Part shown: positions 40,118-49,187 of the stretch, piece by piece | Position numbering within the stretch: the first letter of the stretch is position 1 | How the letters are laid out: each line of letters starts with the position of its first letter | Assembly: GCA_022844165.1 (NCBI GenBank) | Contig: JALHMH010000007.1 | Coordinates: forward strand, 1 to 64,000 | DNA from: Lysobacterales bacterium | Lineage (GTDB): Bacteria; Pseudomonadota; Gammaproteobacteria; Xanthomonadales; SZUA-5 | Direction of reading: 5' to 3' | DNA length: 64,000 nt | Notes under the pieces: model-generated | The model's input: only the letters and a program-made list of their open reading frames with translations | The model's database searches: none | Told to the model about the DNA's origin: nothing | Made by a program: the position numbers and the translations under genes

Positions 40118-41335
40118 ATGACGGAACGGCATTGGGTGGGCACGTATCACGGTGTCATCGCCATTTGCGCGATGCTGGTGTTGATGATCAGCAACGGGCT
40201 GATTCTCTCGGGACTAGGTCCGTTTCGCCCGGCGTTGATTGCCGAGTTCGGCTGGACCGCGGCGCAGATTTCCAGCGGCGAGTTGATCACCTTCCTGCTG
40301 CTCGGTGTGTTCGCGCCGTTCATCGGCATTCTGATCGATCGCTTCGGTACGCGCGTGCTGATGCAGATCGGACTGCTCGCGTTGGCGGCCGGATATTTTT
40401 TGTACGGCAGGCTCGACAGTCTGACGACGCTGTATGCGATTCACGTGTTGTTTGCGATTGTATTGGCGCTGGCAGGTTTGGTGCCTGTAGTGGCACTGGT
40501 TTCGCGCTGGTTTGACGCTGATCGTGGCACAGCGATCGGTCTGGCGTTGGTGGGATCGAGCCTGGCGTCATTCGTTTTTCCACCGCTCGCCGAGAAGTGG
40601 TTGATTCCCACCTATGGCTGGCGTGCCGCGTTCCAATACGAAGCGATTGCTGCCGTCATTGGTTTTGTCATCGTGGTCCTGCTGGTGCGCTCATCGCCCG
40701 CGGAAACGAGTATGAAGCCCTATGGCGCTCGCGCTGCGGCACCACTGCGCAGCGCCGATCTACCGGGCCTGACGGTCGGCGAAACCGTCCGGACACTCAC
40801 GTTCTGGGTGCTCGGCGCGTGCGCGTTCCTGACGTTTTTCGCGATGCTCGGTACGCTCTACCAGCTGCCGATTTATCTGGGCACCGTTGGCGTCAAGGAA
40901 ATTTCGCTGGGTTATATGGCGATGCTCGGCGCCGCGTTGATTGGCAAATTTTTGTTCGGGTTCCTGGCCGATCGTCTCGGGCCAAAACGCGTGTTCATTG
41001 CCAATCTCGCCGTGATGGCCATTGGCGCTGCGCTATTGGCGATGGCCACACCCGGCAGTGTTTTTGCCGCGCTGGCCGTCTTCGGTGTTGGCTGGGGCGG
41101 CTTGTATACGATGCTGCAACTGTTGACGGTGCAGAACTTCGGCCTCAGGTCGACCGGGAAAATTATGGGGCTCGTGGCGATTTTCGACTGCGTCGGCGGT
41201 GGCCTTGGAAGTTATGTCATGGCCAGCATTTTTGATGCAACACAAAGCTATCGACCGGCGTTCTGGATGTTGTCCGGCATGATTGTGGTTGCGCTGTTGG
41301 CAGCAACGCGCATCCGCCAGGAGTTCCGTGCGTGA
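40118..41335 (+). CDS. MFS transporter (OFA/monocarboxylate-like)
   Basis: About 12 hydrophobic segments; [10 protein letters not shown] and [11 protein letters not shown] loop motifs; [12 protein letters not shown]. Confidence 0.9.
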   Translation: MTERHWVGTYHGVIAICAMLVLMISNGLILSGLGPFRPALIAEFGWTAAQISSGELITFLLLGVFAPFIGILIDRFGTRVLMQIGLLALAAGYFLYGRLDSLTTLYAIHVLFAIVLALAGLVPVVALVSRWFDADRGTAIGLALVGSSLASFVFPPLAEKWLIPTYGWRAAFQYEAIAAVIGFVIVVLLVRSSPAETSMKPYGARAAAPLRSADLPGLTVGETVRTLTFWVLGACAFLTFFAMLGTLYQLPIYLGTVGVKEISLGYMAMLGAALIGKFLFGFLADRLGPKRVFIANLAVMAIGAALLAMATPGSVFAALAVFGVGWGGLYTMLQLLTVQNFGLRSTGKIMGLVAIFDCVGGGLGSYVMASIFDATQSYRPAFWMLSGMIVVALLAATRIRQEFRA

Positions 41336-42000
41336 AGGCCGTGCTGTTGTTATCCGGAGGCCTGGACTCGGCCACCGTGCTGGCGATGGCGCGGGCGGAA
41401 GGGCGGGAGGTACATGCACTGAGCGTCGACTACGGACAACGTCATCGTGCCGAGCTGGATGCCTCACGACGCGTCGCCGCTGCCCTCGGTGCGGCGAGCC
41501 ACCGCATCATTCCCCTCGATCTGCGCACCATTGGCGGCTCGGCGTTGACCGACGATGCCATTGCCGTCCCCGAGACGCCCACCAGCGGCATCCCCGTCAC
41601 CTACGTACCGGCGCGAAATACGCTGATGTTGGCACTCGCGCTGGGCCATGCCGAAGTCGTTGGGGCCAGCGAGATTTACATCGGCGTCAACGCGGTCGAC
41701 TACTCCGGTTATCCCGATTGCCGACCCGAGTTCATCGCCGCTTTCGAGCGCCTCGCGCAACTGGCGACGCGTGTCGGCGTGGAAGGTCAGGCGATCGCAG
41801 TTCGTGCGCCGATTATCGAGATGAGCAAGGGTCAGATCATCCAGGCCGGTACCGCGCTTGGCGTCGACTATGGCTTGACAGTGAGCTGTTATCAGGCGAC
41901 CGCCGACGGATTGGCCTGCGGGCGCTGCGACTCTTGTCGGTTGCGACGCCAGGGCTTTGCCGATGCGGGTGTGCCCGACCCGACACGCTATCTGCGTTGA
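41332..42000 (+). CDS. queC: 7-cyano-7-deazaguanine synthase
   Basis: [22 protein letters not shown] and SCY...CGRCDSC motifs. Confidence 0.95.
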   Translation: MKAVLLLSGGLDSATVLAMARAEGREVHALSVDYGQRHRAELDASRRVAAALGAASHRIIPLDLRTIGGSALTDDAIAVPETPTSGIPVTYVPARNTLMLALALGHAEVVGASEIYIGVNAVDYSGYPDCRPEFIAAFERLAQLATRVGVEGQAIAVRAPIIEMSKGQIIQAGTALGVDYGLTVSCYQATADGLACGRCDSCRLRRQGFADAGVPDPTRYLR

Positions 42001-42075
42001 AGATCTTCCAGGCAGCCGATGCAATTCCAGAGAGCGCCAACGTCCTCATCGGCAGGTGCCCGGTGCCCAAGCCCC

Positions 42076-43164
42076 CTAACCGGTCGCGCCAACAGACCGA
42101 CGGCTTTCCGCCAGATAGGCCTCGCTCTGCATTTCGATGAGCCGCGAGGCGGTTCGTTCAAACTCGGCGCGTATCCGTTCGCCGCGATACAGGGCAACCG
42201 GTGAGGCGGCAGCGCTCAACAGTAGTTTGATGCGGCGGTCGTAGAACTCATCGATCAGATGCACAAACCGCTTCGCTTCGTTCTCCGACAGCACATCGAA
42301 AACCGGTACGTCGCTGAGCAAGACGGTCGAAAAGGTCTGAGCAATTTCGATGTAGTCGGCCGCCGAACGCGGACCGCGGCATAGTGCATCGAAAGTGAAC
42401 CAAATGACGTCGTCGGCGCGACGCTTGACCGGAACGTCACGGCCGTTGATGACGATCGCCGCTCGCGGATCGTTTGCGCAGGGCGCCAGACGCGCAAATG
42501 CGCGCTCGAGTGCCGCTTCGGCCGTCGCACCCAGCGGCGTGTGGTAAACGCTCGCCTGCGTGAGTGCGCGTAGCCTGTAGTCTTGAGCGCTAACCAACTC
42601 CAGGACTTCGCAATGCTGCTCAATGAGAGCAATGGCGGGGAGGAACTGCGCTCGCTGCAACCCGTTTCTATACAGTTGATTCGGCTGAGTATTGCTCGTG
42701 GTCACCAGCGTCACACCCTGGGCGAACAAGTGCTTGAGCAATCGCCCTAGAATCATCGCATCGCCGATGTCCGAGACGACGAACTCGTCCAGGCACCAGA
42801 CGCGGGCTTCGTCCGCCAGCTGTTGTGCGACGCGCTGCAGCGGATCCTCGACCTCAGACAAGCGTGCCAATTCGGCATGCACGCGACCCATAAAACGATG
42901 AAAGTGCAGGCGCCCGCCATCCACCGGCAGTTGATCGAAAAAAAGGTCCATGAGAAAGGTCTTGCCGCGACCCACGCCACCCCAAAGGTACAGGCCGCGT
43001 GCCGTCACCCGACCCTGGATCGCGCGTTGCAACCACGACCGCGATCGGCCCGCTTCGATCTCGTCGTAAATCCGCGTGAGCGCCGCCAGTGCCCGCCGCT
43101 GCGCGGGGTCGTCGCTGCTGTCACCAGCGGCGACGCGTGCATCGAATGCCTGCAGCGGCGTCAT
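42076..43164 (-). CDS. zapE: Cell division ATPase ZapE (AFG1 family)
   Basis: GLYLWGGVGRGKT, HFHRFM, LDEF, TSN and RTASRLIEMQS motifs. Confidence 0.92.
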   Translation of the reverse strand: MTPLQAFDARVAAGDSSDDPAQRRALAALTRIYDEIEAGRSRSWLQRAIQGRVTARGLYLWGGVGRGKTFLMDLFFDQLPVDGGRLHFHRFMGRVHAELARLSEVEDPLQRVAQQLADEARVWCLDEFVVSDIGDAMILGRLLKHLFAQGVTLVTTSNTQPNQLYRNGLQRAQFLPAIALIEQHCEVLELVSAQDYRLRALTQASVYHTPLGATAEAALERAFARLAPCANDPRAAIVINGRDVPVKRRADDVIWFTFDALCRGPRSAADYIEIAQTFSTVLLSDVPVFDVLSENEAKRFVHLIDEFYDRRIKLLLSAAASPVALYRGERIRAEFERTASRLIEMQSEAYLAESRRSVGATG

Positions 43165-43673
43165 GTTGGCATCGCGAGGCGTGCCATGACCAGCACATCG
43201 CACAGCTGTCCGTCGCGATAGGCGTACTGGCGTAAGCGACCCTCTTCGACAAAGCCGAACTTGCGATACAAAGCCAGCGCCGCGACGTTGTCTGGATAAA
43301 CCTCCAGTTCAAGCCGGGTGATTTGCATCCAGCGTTCGGCGCGCTCGATCATCGCGGCGAGCAGCGCCGAACCGATGCCGCGTCGTTGGAACTCAGCGTC
43401 AACGGCCATGCCGATTTCGCCCGCATGGCGCCGCCGCGCATGAGGGGTCGAATGGCCCAGATACGCGTGACCGACGACCCTGTCGCCGACGACGGCCAAG
43501 AGGTTTAGCGTATCCGCATCGCCGCGCGCCAGGCGCTCGCGCCACAACGACTCGCGCGGATACGGCAGTTGCAGCGTGCCCCCGAACACGGACGGATGGC
43601 GGTAAAGCGCAGCGACGTCGGCGGCGTCGTCAACTTCCGCTGCGCGGAGTACGATCTTGAGGCGGCGAGGCAC
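43161..43673 (-). CDS. GNAT N-acetyltransferase (YhhY/AaaT-like)
   Basis: GTLQLPYP, FQRRGIG, RLELEV..DN..A.ALYRKFGF; GTG start; ATGA overlap with zapE. Confidence 0.85.
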   Translation of the reverse strand: MPRRLKIVLRAAEVDDAADVAALYRHPSVFGGTLQLPYPRESLWRERLARGDADTLNLLAVVGDRVVGHAYLGHSTPHARRRHAGEIGMAVDAEFQRRGIGSALLAAMIERAERWMQITRLELEVYPDNVAALALYRKFGFVEEGRLRQYAYRDGQLCDVLVMARLAMPT

Positions 43674-43747
43674 GGCGTGGGAGCGATTCAATGGCGGGCG
43701 TTGGAGGCTAAAGCGCCGGGCAATGGAGCGCAATCGGAAGTGCAGCG

Positions 43748-45061
43748 CTAGCGCACAAACACCGCCATGCTCTCCACATGGCTGGTGTGCGGGAACATGT
43801 CCATGACACCGGCGGCCTCCAACTGGAAACCGCTGCTCTGCAAGATGGCGGCGTCGCGTGCGAGCGTCGCGGGATGGCAGGATACGTAGACGATGCGCGT
43901 GATTCGCGACCCCGGAAGGTAGGCGAGCGCTACGTCCGCACCGGCACGCGGCGGATCGAGCAGCAGCCGCGTGTACTGATCTTGTGCCCACCAGGCGCTC
44001 CGATGATCCAGGCTCAGGTCCGCCGCGGCATAACGAACGTTTTCCAGCCCGACGGCGCGTGCGTTGCGATCCGCGCGCTCCAGCAGACCGGCATCGCCTT
44101 CCACACCGACAACCTGGCCCGCACGTTGCGCCAGCGGCAATGTGAAGTTCCCCAGACCGCAGAACAACTCCAGCACCGTATCGTTTGAACTCACGTCAAG
44201 GCATTCGAGTGCCTGCGCGACCATTGCGCGATTGACGCTGTCATTCACTTGCACAAAATCGAGCGGCCGATAGTTGAGCCAAACGCCATCCGCCACGGAA
44301 TAACGCAACTCGGCTGGCTCAGCGCCGTCGAGCGTCACCAGTGTGTTGATGCCGCCCGGTTGCAACACGATGTCCACCAGGTGTGTCTCTCCGAACGCAC
44401 GCAATTGCGCACGATCGCCATCGCCCAGTGGCACAAGATGACGGAAAACCAGCGCAACGCGATCACCCGCGGCGACTTCGATCTGCGCAATCTCGCGCTT
44501 GGCGTCGAGCGCGGCAATGAGCGTTTTCAGCGCTTCGATCAAGCCGCCGACACGCGGATCGAGCGTTTCGCAGCGAGAAATATCAGCCACATAGCGACCA
44601 TTGTCTTCGCGAAACCCCACCAGCGCGGCACCTTTTTTGTCGACGTACTTGACCGACAGCCGCGCCTTGCGGCGATAACCGAGTGTCTCACGCTGCAATG
44701 CCGGCAAGATCCGCGAGGGAACGATCTTGCCGATGCGCTCAAGGCTATCCAGCAGGTGCTTTTGCTTCAGCGCAATTTGCGCCTCCACACTCAGGTGCTG
44801 GAGCGAGCAGCCAGAACAGGTCGCCACAAACGCGCACGGCGGCAACACCCGTGCCGCACTTGGATTGACGATGTCGAGCGCGACCGCGTCGTCGTATTGG
44901 CGGTGGGGCTTGATCACCTGCGCGCGCACACGCTCCCCCGTCAGCGCGCCTTTGATGAACACCGCCTTCTGGCCATGTCGCGCAACGCCACGACCATCGC
45001 TGGCAAGGTCAGTGACGTCGAGTTCTAGAATCGGAAAACGGGACATGGGCTCAGGCGTCAC
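43748..45061 (-). CDS. rlmD: 23S rRNA (uracil-1939-C5)-methyltransferase
   Basis: TRAM domain, Fe-S cysteines C..CSGC, FVQVN, ELFCGLGNF, LDPPR, YVSC and DMFPHTSHVE. Confidence 0.93.
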   Translation of the reverse strand: MTPEPMSRFPILELDVTDLASDGRGVARHGQKAVFIKGALTGERVRAQVIKPHRQYDDAVALDIVNPSAARVLPPCAFVATCSGCSLQHLSVEAQIALKQKHLLDSLERIGKIVPSRILPALQRETLGYRRKARLSVKYVDKKGAALVGFREDNGRYVADISRCETLDPRVGGLIEALKTLIAALDAKREIAQIEVAAGDRVALVFRHLVPLGDGDRAQLRAFGETHLVDIVLQPGGINTLVTLDGAEPAELRYSVADGVWLNYRPLDFVQVNDSVNRAMVAQALECLDVSSNDTVLELFCGLGNFTLPLAQRAGQVVGVEGDAGLLERADRNARAVGLENVRYAAADLSLDHRSAWWAQDQYTRLLLDPPRAGADVALAYLPGSRITRIVYVSCHPATLARDAAILQSSGFQLEAAGVMDMFPHTSHVESMAVFVR

Positions 45062-45216
45062 AAAGGGCTGCGGATAATGCCATTGCTGCCTGCGCTCAAG
45101 CCTGATTTACTGGCAGAAGCGAACATTCCGTGAGGACACGCGGACGTTCGTGGGGACAAGCTCGCATCGTGCCACTGGGCAGGACTGGGCGCCGGAATCA
45201 GGCGAAAGGGGGCTGG

Positions 45217-45795
45217 ATGAAGATTCTTCTGCTCGACGACGATCCGCTGACGGCAGCTTACCTCGGCGAAGTCGTAGCCCAATTCGCAACGCTGACGGTG
45301 GTCACGCGCCTGACAAACGCGCCGGACCCGATCACGTTCGATGTGCTGATGGTCGACAAACGGTTGCCGGATGGCGATGGCTGGTCCTGGCTCGCCGCAC
45401 AAGCTCTCCTGCCAAAGCGCGTCTTGCGGATCAGTGGCGACGAGGGCTCCGATCTGCGTAAGCCGATTGCACCTGAGGCACTTTTGGAGGCCTTGGGCAT
45501 CGTGGCAGACGTCGATGACCGTCAGGCGCGGCTTCAGCTCGGCCATAACGAAGCGGCGATCATCCAGTTGCGGGCGATGTTACGTGCGGAACTGGCGGCG
45601 GCGGGCGTTTGCCGCGCAGCAGATGTGACATCCCAGGACATTGATGTTGTGCACCGGATTGCTGCAGGCGCGCGGTTGGTTGGATTCCCACGGTTGGCGA
45701 TTTGCGCGACGGCGCTCGAGCGCGCGTGGCGCAATGGCATCCCCCACCTGGATGCTCTGTCTGACTTTCAGCGCGCCGCGGCCGCTATTGGATAA
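45217..45795 (+). CDS. Compact receiver-Hpt protein
   Basis: LLDDD, MVD.RLPDGDG and KP receiver motifs; Hpt-like VHRIAAGARLVGFPRL...ALE. Confidence 0.7.
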   Translation: MKILLLDDDPLTAAYLGEVVAQFATLTVVTRLTNAPDPITFDVLMVDKRLPDGDGWSWLAAQALLPKRVLRISGDEGSDLRKPIAPEALLEALGIVADVDDRQARLQLGHNEAAIIQLRAMLRAELAAAGVCRAADVTSQDIDVVHRIAAGARLVGFPRLAICATALERAWRNGIPHLDALSDFQRAAAAIG

Positions 45796-46312
45796 ACGAT
45801 GCGAGTCGTCGCACGCAGGCGCCATCGCAGAAAGGTCCCGGCGGCATGGTTTGCGTGCCGTAGCTGAAATTGAAGTAATAGCGCTGACCGATCGTCAAAG
45901 GACAATAGTCGACTGTACCGACGGTCTTCCAACCAAGCGCCGGTTGCACGCCGACGATGAAACATGCGGGTGCGATTTGCCCAGGATCGAGACATCCGGG
46001 CGAGGAACTAATGGCCATCGCAATCGCGCCATTTGCGCCACCGGGCACTTCCTGGGCAAACAGCACCCCGTAACCCAGCGGCGTTGCGGTGGCGGTAAAC
46101 TCGAGCGCGTAGGTGATGTCCACCGAGTCGTTGAACTCAATGACGCCGCCGGGATGACTCGGCCACTGCGAAATGTACAGGCTCGACCACGGCAACAAGG
46201 TGAATCGCGTGGTTGCTACCGCACAGCCTTCGAAGCCGTTGGCGAACACGGCGTCCGCTTGCGCAGGTGTCGCGCCGCACATCGCCAGCAGGACCCAGAA
46301 CCATCGCCGCAT
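45785..46312 (-). CDS. Secreted Cys-rich hypothetical protein
   Basis: Signal peptide MRRWFWVLLAMCGATPAQA followed by DAVFANGFE; six Cys in the mature part. Confidence 0.65.
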   Translation of the reverse strand: MRRWFWVLLAMCGATPAQADAVFANGFEGCAVATTRFTLLPWSSLYISQWPSHPGGVIEFNDSVDITYALEFTATATPLGYGVLFAQEVPGGANGAIAMAISSSPGCLDPGQIAPACFIVGVQPALGWKTVGTVDYCPLTIGQRYYFNFSYGTQTMPPGPFCDGACVRRLASFIQ

Positions 46313-46423
46313 CGTCGTCGCCCGTCGAGCCGTTGCGCCCATTGTACTTTTCCTGCGCGACCTTTACATAGGCTTGCGGCGGCGCCAAGAATGCCACCAT
46401 CGCCCGAGCCAGGAGCCACCAAG

Positions 46424-47089
46424 ATGCCCAAGATGCAACTCTCCGCGCTGACACCTCGCCAATACTGGGCGGAGATCAAGGCCAGACCTGGACGCGCTAA
46501 GTTCGGGTTTGGGCGCAAGGCGGCTTTGGTGAATGTCGATTACCAGCGCGCATACACGGATATCGAGACCTTCGCCACCGCCTATGAAACCGATCCTCGT
46601 CAAATCGAATACGTCAACACGCTGGCGGACCTGGCGCGCGCACGGTCGATGCCGGTGATCTGGAGCTACGTGGCGTACATGGATACGCCCGACGATGCCG
46701 GCGTGTGGGGTACGCGCACGAATACCTCGGATAGTTTGCAGAACATCAAGGTCGGCTCCGAACGCGCCGCGTTCGATGCCAGGGTGCGCATCGATCCGCG
46801 CGATGCGGTCATCAACAAACGAATGCCCAGTGTGTTCTTTCAGACGCATCTGGCAAGTTTGCTGGTCTGGCATCAGGTCGATACGGTGATCGTCACCGGC
46901 GGATCGACTTCAGGTTGCGTCCGCGCCACCGTTGTCGATAGTTTGGCGCACGGCTATCGCACCATCGTGCCCGAGGAATGCGTCGCCGATAAACACGAGA
47001 TCCCGCACTACGCCAACTTGTGCGACATGATGCTCAAGTACGCCGATGTCGAGCCTTTCGAGGTCGTGCGAGCGTGGCTGGCCGGTTAG
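46424..47089 (+). CDS. Isochorismatase-family cysteine amidase (NicF/N-carbamoylsarcosine amidase-like)
   Basis: Asp-Lys-Cys triad in VNVDYQ, VINKRMPS and STSGCVRAT; RBS AGGAG. Confidence 0.85.
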   Translation: MPKMQLSALTPRQYWAEIKARPGRAKFGFGRKAALVNVDYQRAYTDIETFATAYETDPRQIEYVNTLADLARARSMPVIWSYVAYMDTPDDAGVWGTRTNTSDSLQNIKVGSERAAFDARVRIDPRDAVINKRMPSVFFQTHLASLLVWHQVDTVIVTGGSTSGCVRATVVDSLAHGYRTIVPEECVADKHEIPHYANLCDMMLKYADVEPFEVVRAWLAG

Positions 47090-47258
47090 TTTGGCGGGTG
47101 GCCTAACCCAGACATTTCATGAGGTCGCGGGGAAGTGGCCAGGTTTCGTTGCGACGGCGCAGGTGTCTTCGAGTTTGTCGAAACGACAGACTGTTCGCTG
47201 CCATTTCCTGGCATCTTCACGAAATCTCCGGGCTAATCGGAGCCCGGCGCCAGGAGGA

Positions 47259-47290
47259 AAGAAAAAGCCCGCACGAGGCGGGCTTCTTCT
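47259..47290. terminator. Bidirectional intrinsic terminator
   Basis: AAGAAAAAGCCCGC-ACGAG-GCGGGCTTCTTCT. Confidence 0.8.
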
Positions 47291-47313
47291 GGTCCAAAAT
47301 GCAGCTTCGACGC

Positions 47314-48162
47314 TTAGCGACGAATGGCGAACCAAGCGGCACCGAGCAAGGTGAGCGCCAGTGCAAGCATGCCAAAGATATTCATCGAAGGTGCCGGCGC
47401 CGGAATCGTGAAGCTGCCTTCAACGATGAACGGCAGACCCTGCTGCGGACCGGTGCCTGGCGCGCCCACGGGATCGGTGGTCAAGCCCATGCGCAGCGGA
47501 TTCCACACACCGGTTTGCAGCTGCAGCGCATTGCCGGTTGGCGCTGGCGCCGTCAGGGCTGGCACCACGGGCGGGAAGAACGGACCGCCACCCGTGCCGC
47601 TGGTGGTGAAGTCGATAAAATACGTGCCGCCAGTCAACGTCACAGCAACCGGAATGCGCACAGCCTGGATGGCGCGATTCGTCGCCGTGAGCGTGGTCGG
47701 CGTGACACGGAAGGCGCCGGACAGCGTCGACGTCGCCGGGATGTTGGTGGTTTCGTTGCCGAAAATCACCGCACCAGCCGGCGGCGCGCCATTGCGGATC
47801 TGCATGGTTGCCCCGGTGATGGTCGGGGACGTAGCGCCGGTCTGGTAACCAAACACAATGATCGACTCGATGTTCCATACCTGATTGGCCGGCACGGTGA
47901 AGTCGTCGGCCAAACGGAAGGCGCCCGCACCGGTGAAGCCAAGCGTGTTGTAGAGAAATGGCGCGTTGTTATCCAGGATGCTGACATTGGTGCCATTGGT
48001 CAGCGGGCCCTGGTTGAACAGCACGAGCGTTGGGGTGGTAAATCCTTCGCCCACAACCGGTGTGTTAGAGACGGCTTCGGATGGATCGAAAGTATCTACC
48101 GACTGCGCGAAGGCGGCAGTTGACAATGACGTCGCAAGTGCGGCGATAAGAATTTTGTGCAC
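47314..48162 (-). CDS. Secreted protein with an IPTL-CTERM-like C-terminal sorting tail
   Basis: Signal peptide; RLADDFTVP beta-sandwich motif; tail APSMNIFGMLALALTLLGAAWFAIRR. Confidence 0.75.
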   Translation of the reverse strand: MHKILIAALATSLSTAAFAQSVDTFDPSEAVSNTPVVGEGFTTPTLVLFNQGPLTNGTNVSILDNNAPFLYNTLGFTGAGAFRLADDFTVPANQVWNIESIIVFGYQTGATSPTITGATMQIRNGAPPAGAVIFGNETTNIPATSTLSGAFRVTPTTLTATNRAIQAVRIPVAVTLTGGTYFIDFTTSGTGGGPFFPPVVPALTAPAPTGNALQLQTGVWNPLRMGLTTDPVGAPGTGPQQGLPFIVEGSFTIPAPAPSMNIFGMLALALTLLGAAWFAIRR

Positions 48163-48290
48163 GACGCAGGGTCCTGTTCTTGTGGGCGGGCACATCGATT
48201 CTAAGTCGCAGAGCGTTGGATGGCAACATTCGCCGAGGGAACACCGATCGTGCGAATATGATCGGCGTCGCTCAACCAGCGCGTTTTTCG

Positions 48291-49187
48291 ATGAAATCTT
48301 CGCTCGACTATTATGTGGATGCCCCGTACTTCCAACGGCCGCGCATTCAGTGGCCGGGCGGCAAACGCCTCGCGCTGTGGATTGCGCCTAATCTGGAGTT
48401 CTATGAGCTCGCGCCGCCGGCAAACCCGCAGCGCGCCGCCTGGCCGCGACCATATCCAGATATCGACGGCTACGGCACCCGCGACTATGGCAATCGCGTT
48501 GGCGCCGAGCGTCTGATGCGAGTGCTCGATCGTTACCCGACACGTGTGAGCGTGTCGCTATCGACCGCACTCTGCATTCACCACCCGGAAATCGTCCAGA
48601 TGGGGCTGGAGCGCCATTGGGAATACTTCAGCCATGGTATTTACAACACGCGCTACGCGTACGGCATGGACGAAGCGCAAGAGCGCGAGATGATCGCCGA
48701 GTCGATGGCGTTGATTGCCGAGCACACCGGCCAGCATTGCGACGGCTATCTGGCGCCGGCGCTGACGCATACCGAGTTCAGCCTCGACTTGTTTGCCGAA
48801 CTCGGCGGACTGTACACCTGCGACTTGTTCCACGATGACCAGCCGACGCCGATTCGTACGCGTTCCGGCGCACGCCTCGTTTCGGTGCCTTACTCCTTGG
48901 AGATGAACGACACCATCGTCTACGTCGTCAACAAGATCGAGCCGCGCCGCTATGGCGACATGCTCAAAACGCACTTCGACCGGCTTTACCAGGAAGGCGC
49001 CGGGAGTGGCACCGTGATGTGTATTCCGCTGCATCCTTACCAGGTGTCACACCCGCACCGCATTGCGGCGTTTCGCGACGCGCTGGACTACATCTGTGGG
49101 CATGACGGCGTGTGGCACGCCACGGCGCGCGAGATCGCCCGTCACTATCTCGAACACCACTACGATGTCGCACTGGTGGCCACATGA
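48291..49187 (+). CDS. Polysaccharide-deacetylase-family protein (PuuE allantoinase-like)
   Basis: WPGGKRLA, NLEF, RDYGNRVG, SHG, DDQP, VPYSLEMND and LHPY motifs. Confidence 0.85.
   Translation: MKSSLDYYVDAPYFQRPRIQWPGGKRLALWIAPNLEFYELAPPANPQRAAWPRPYPDIDGYGTRDYGNRVGAERLMRVLDRYPTRVSVSLSTALCIHHPEIVQMGLERHWEYFSHGIYNTRYAYGMDEAQEREMIAESMALIAEHTGQHCDGYLAPALTHTEFSLDLFAELGGLYTCDLFHDDQPTPIRTRSGARLVSVPYSLEMNDTIVYVVNKIEPRRYGDMLKTHFDRLYQEGAGSGTVMCIPLHPYQVSHPHRIAAFRDALDYICGHDGVWHATAREIARHYLEHHYDVALVAT

Noticed and set aside
41332-42000. queC as an anti-phage QueC-like (QatC/CBASS-type) or DNA-modification gene
   Set aside because: Length and motifs are canonical for housekeeping QueC, and there are no TatD, ATPase, cyclase or dpd neighbours
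42076-43673. GNAT-zapE overlap as a toxin-antitoxin pair
   Set aside because: The GNAT resembles YhhY/AaaT metabolic acetyltransferases and there is no RHH antitoxin gene
45641-47089. 482-aa ORF suggesting a fusion to the isochorismatase domain
   Set aside because: The N-terminal part is the antisense shadow of 45785-46312; the real start at 46424 has an AGGAG RBS
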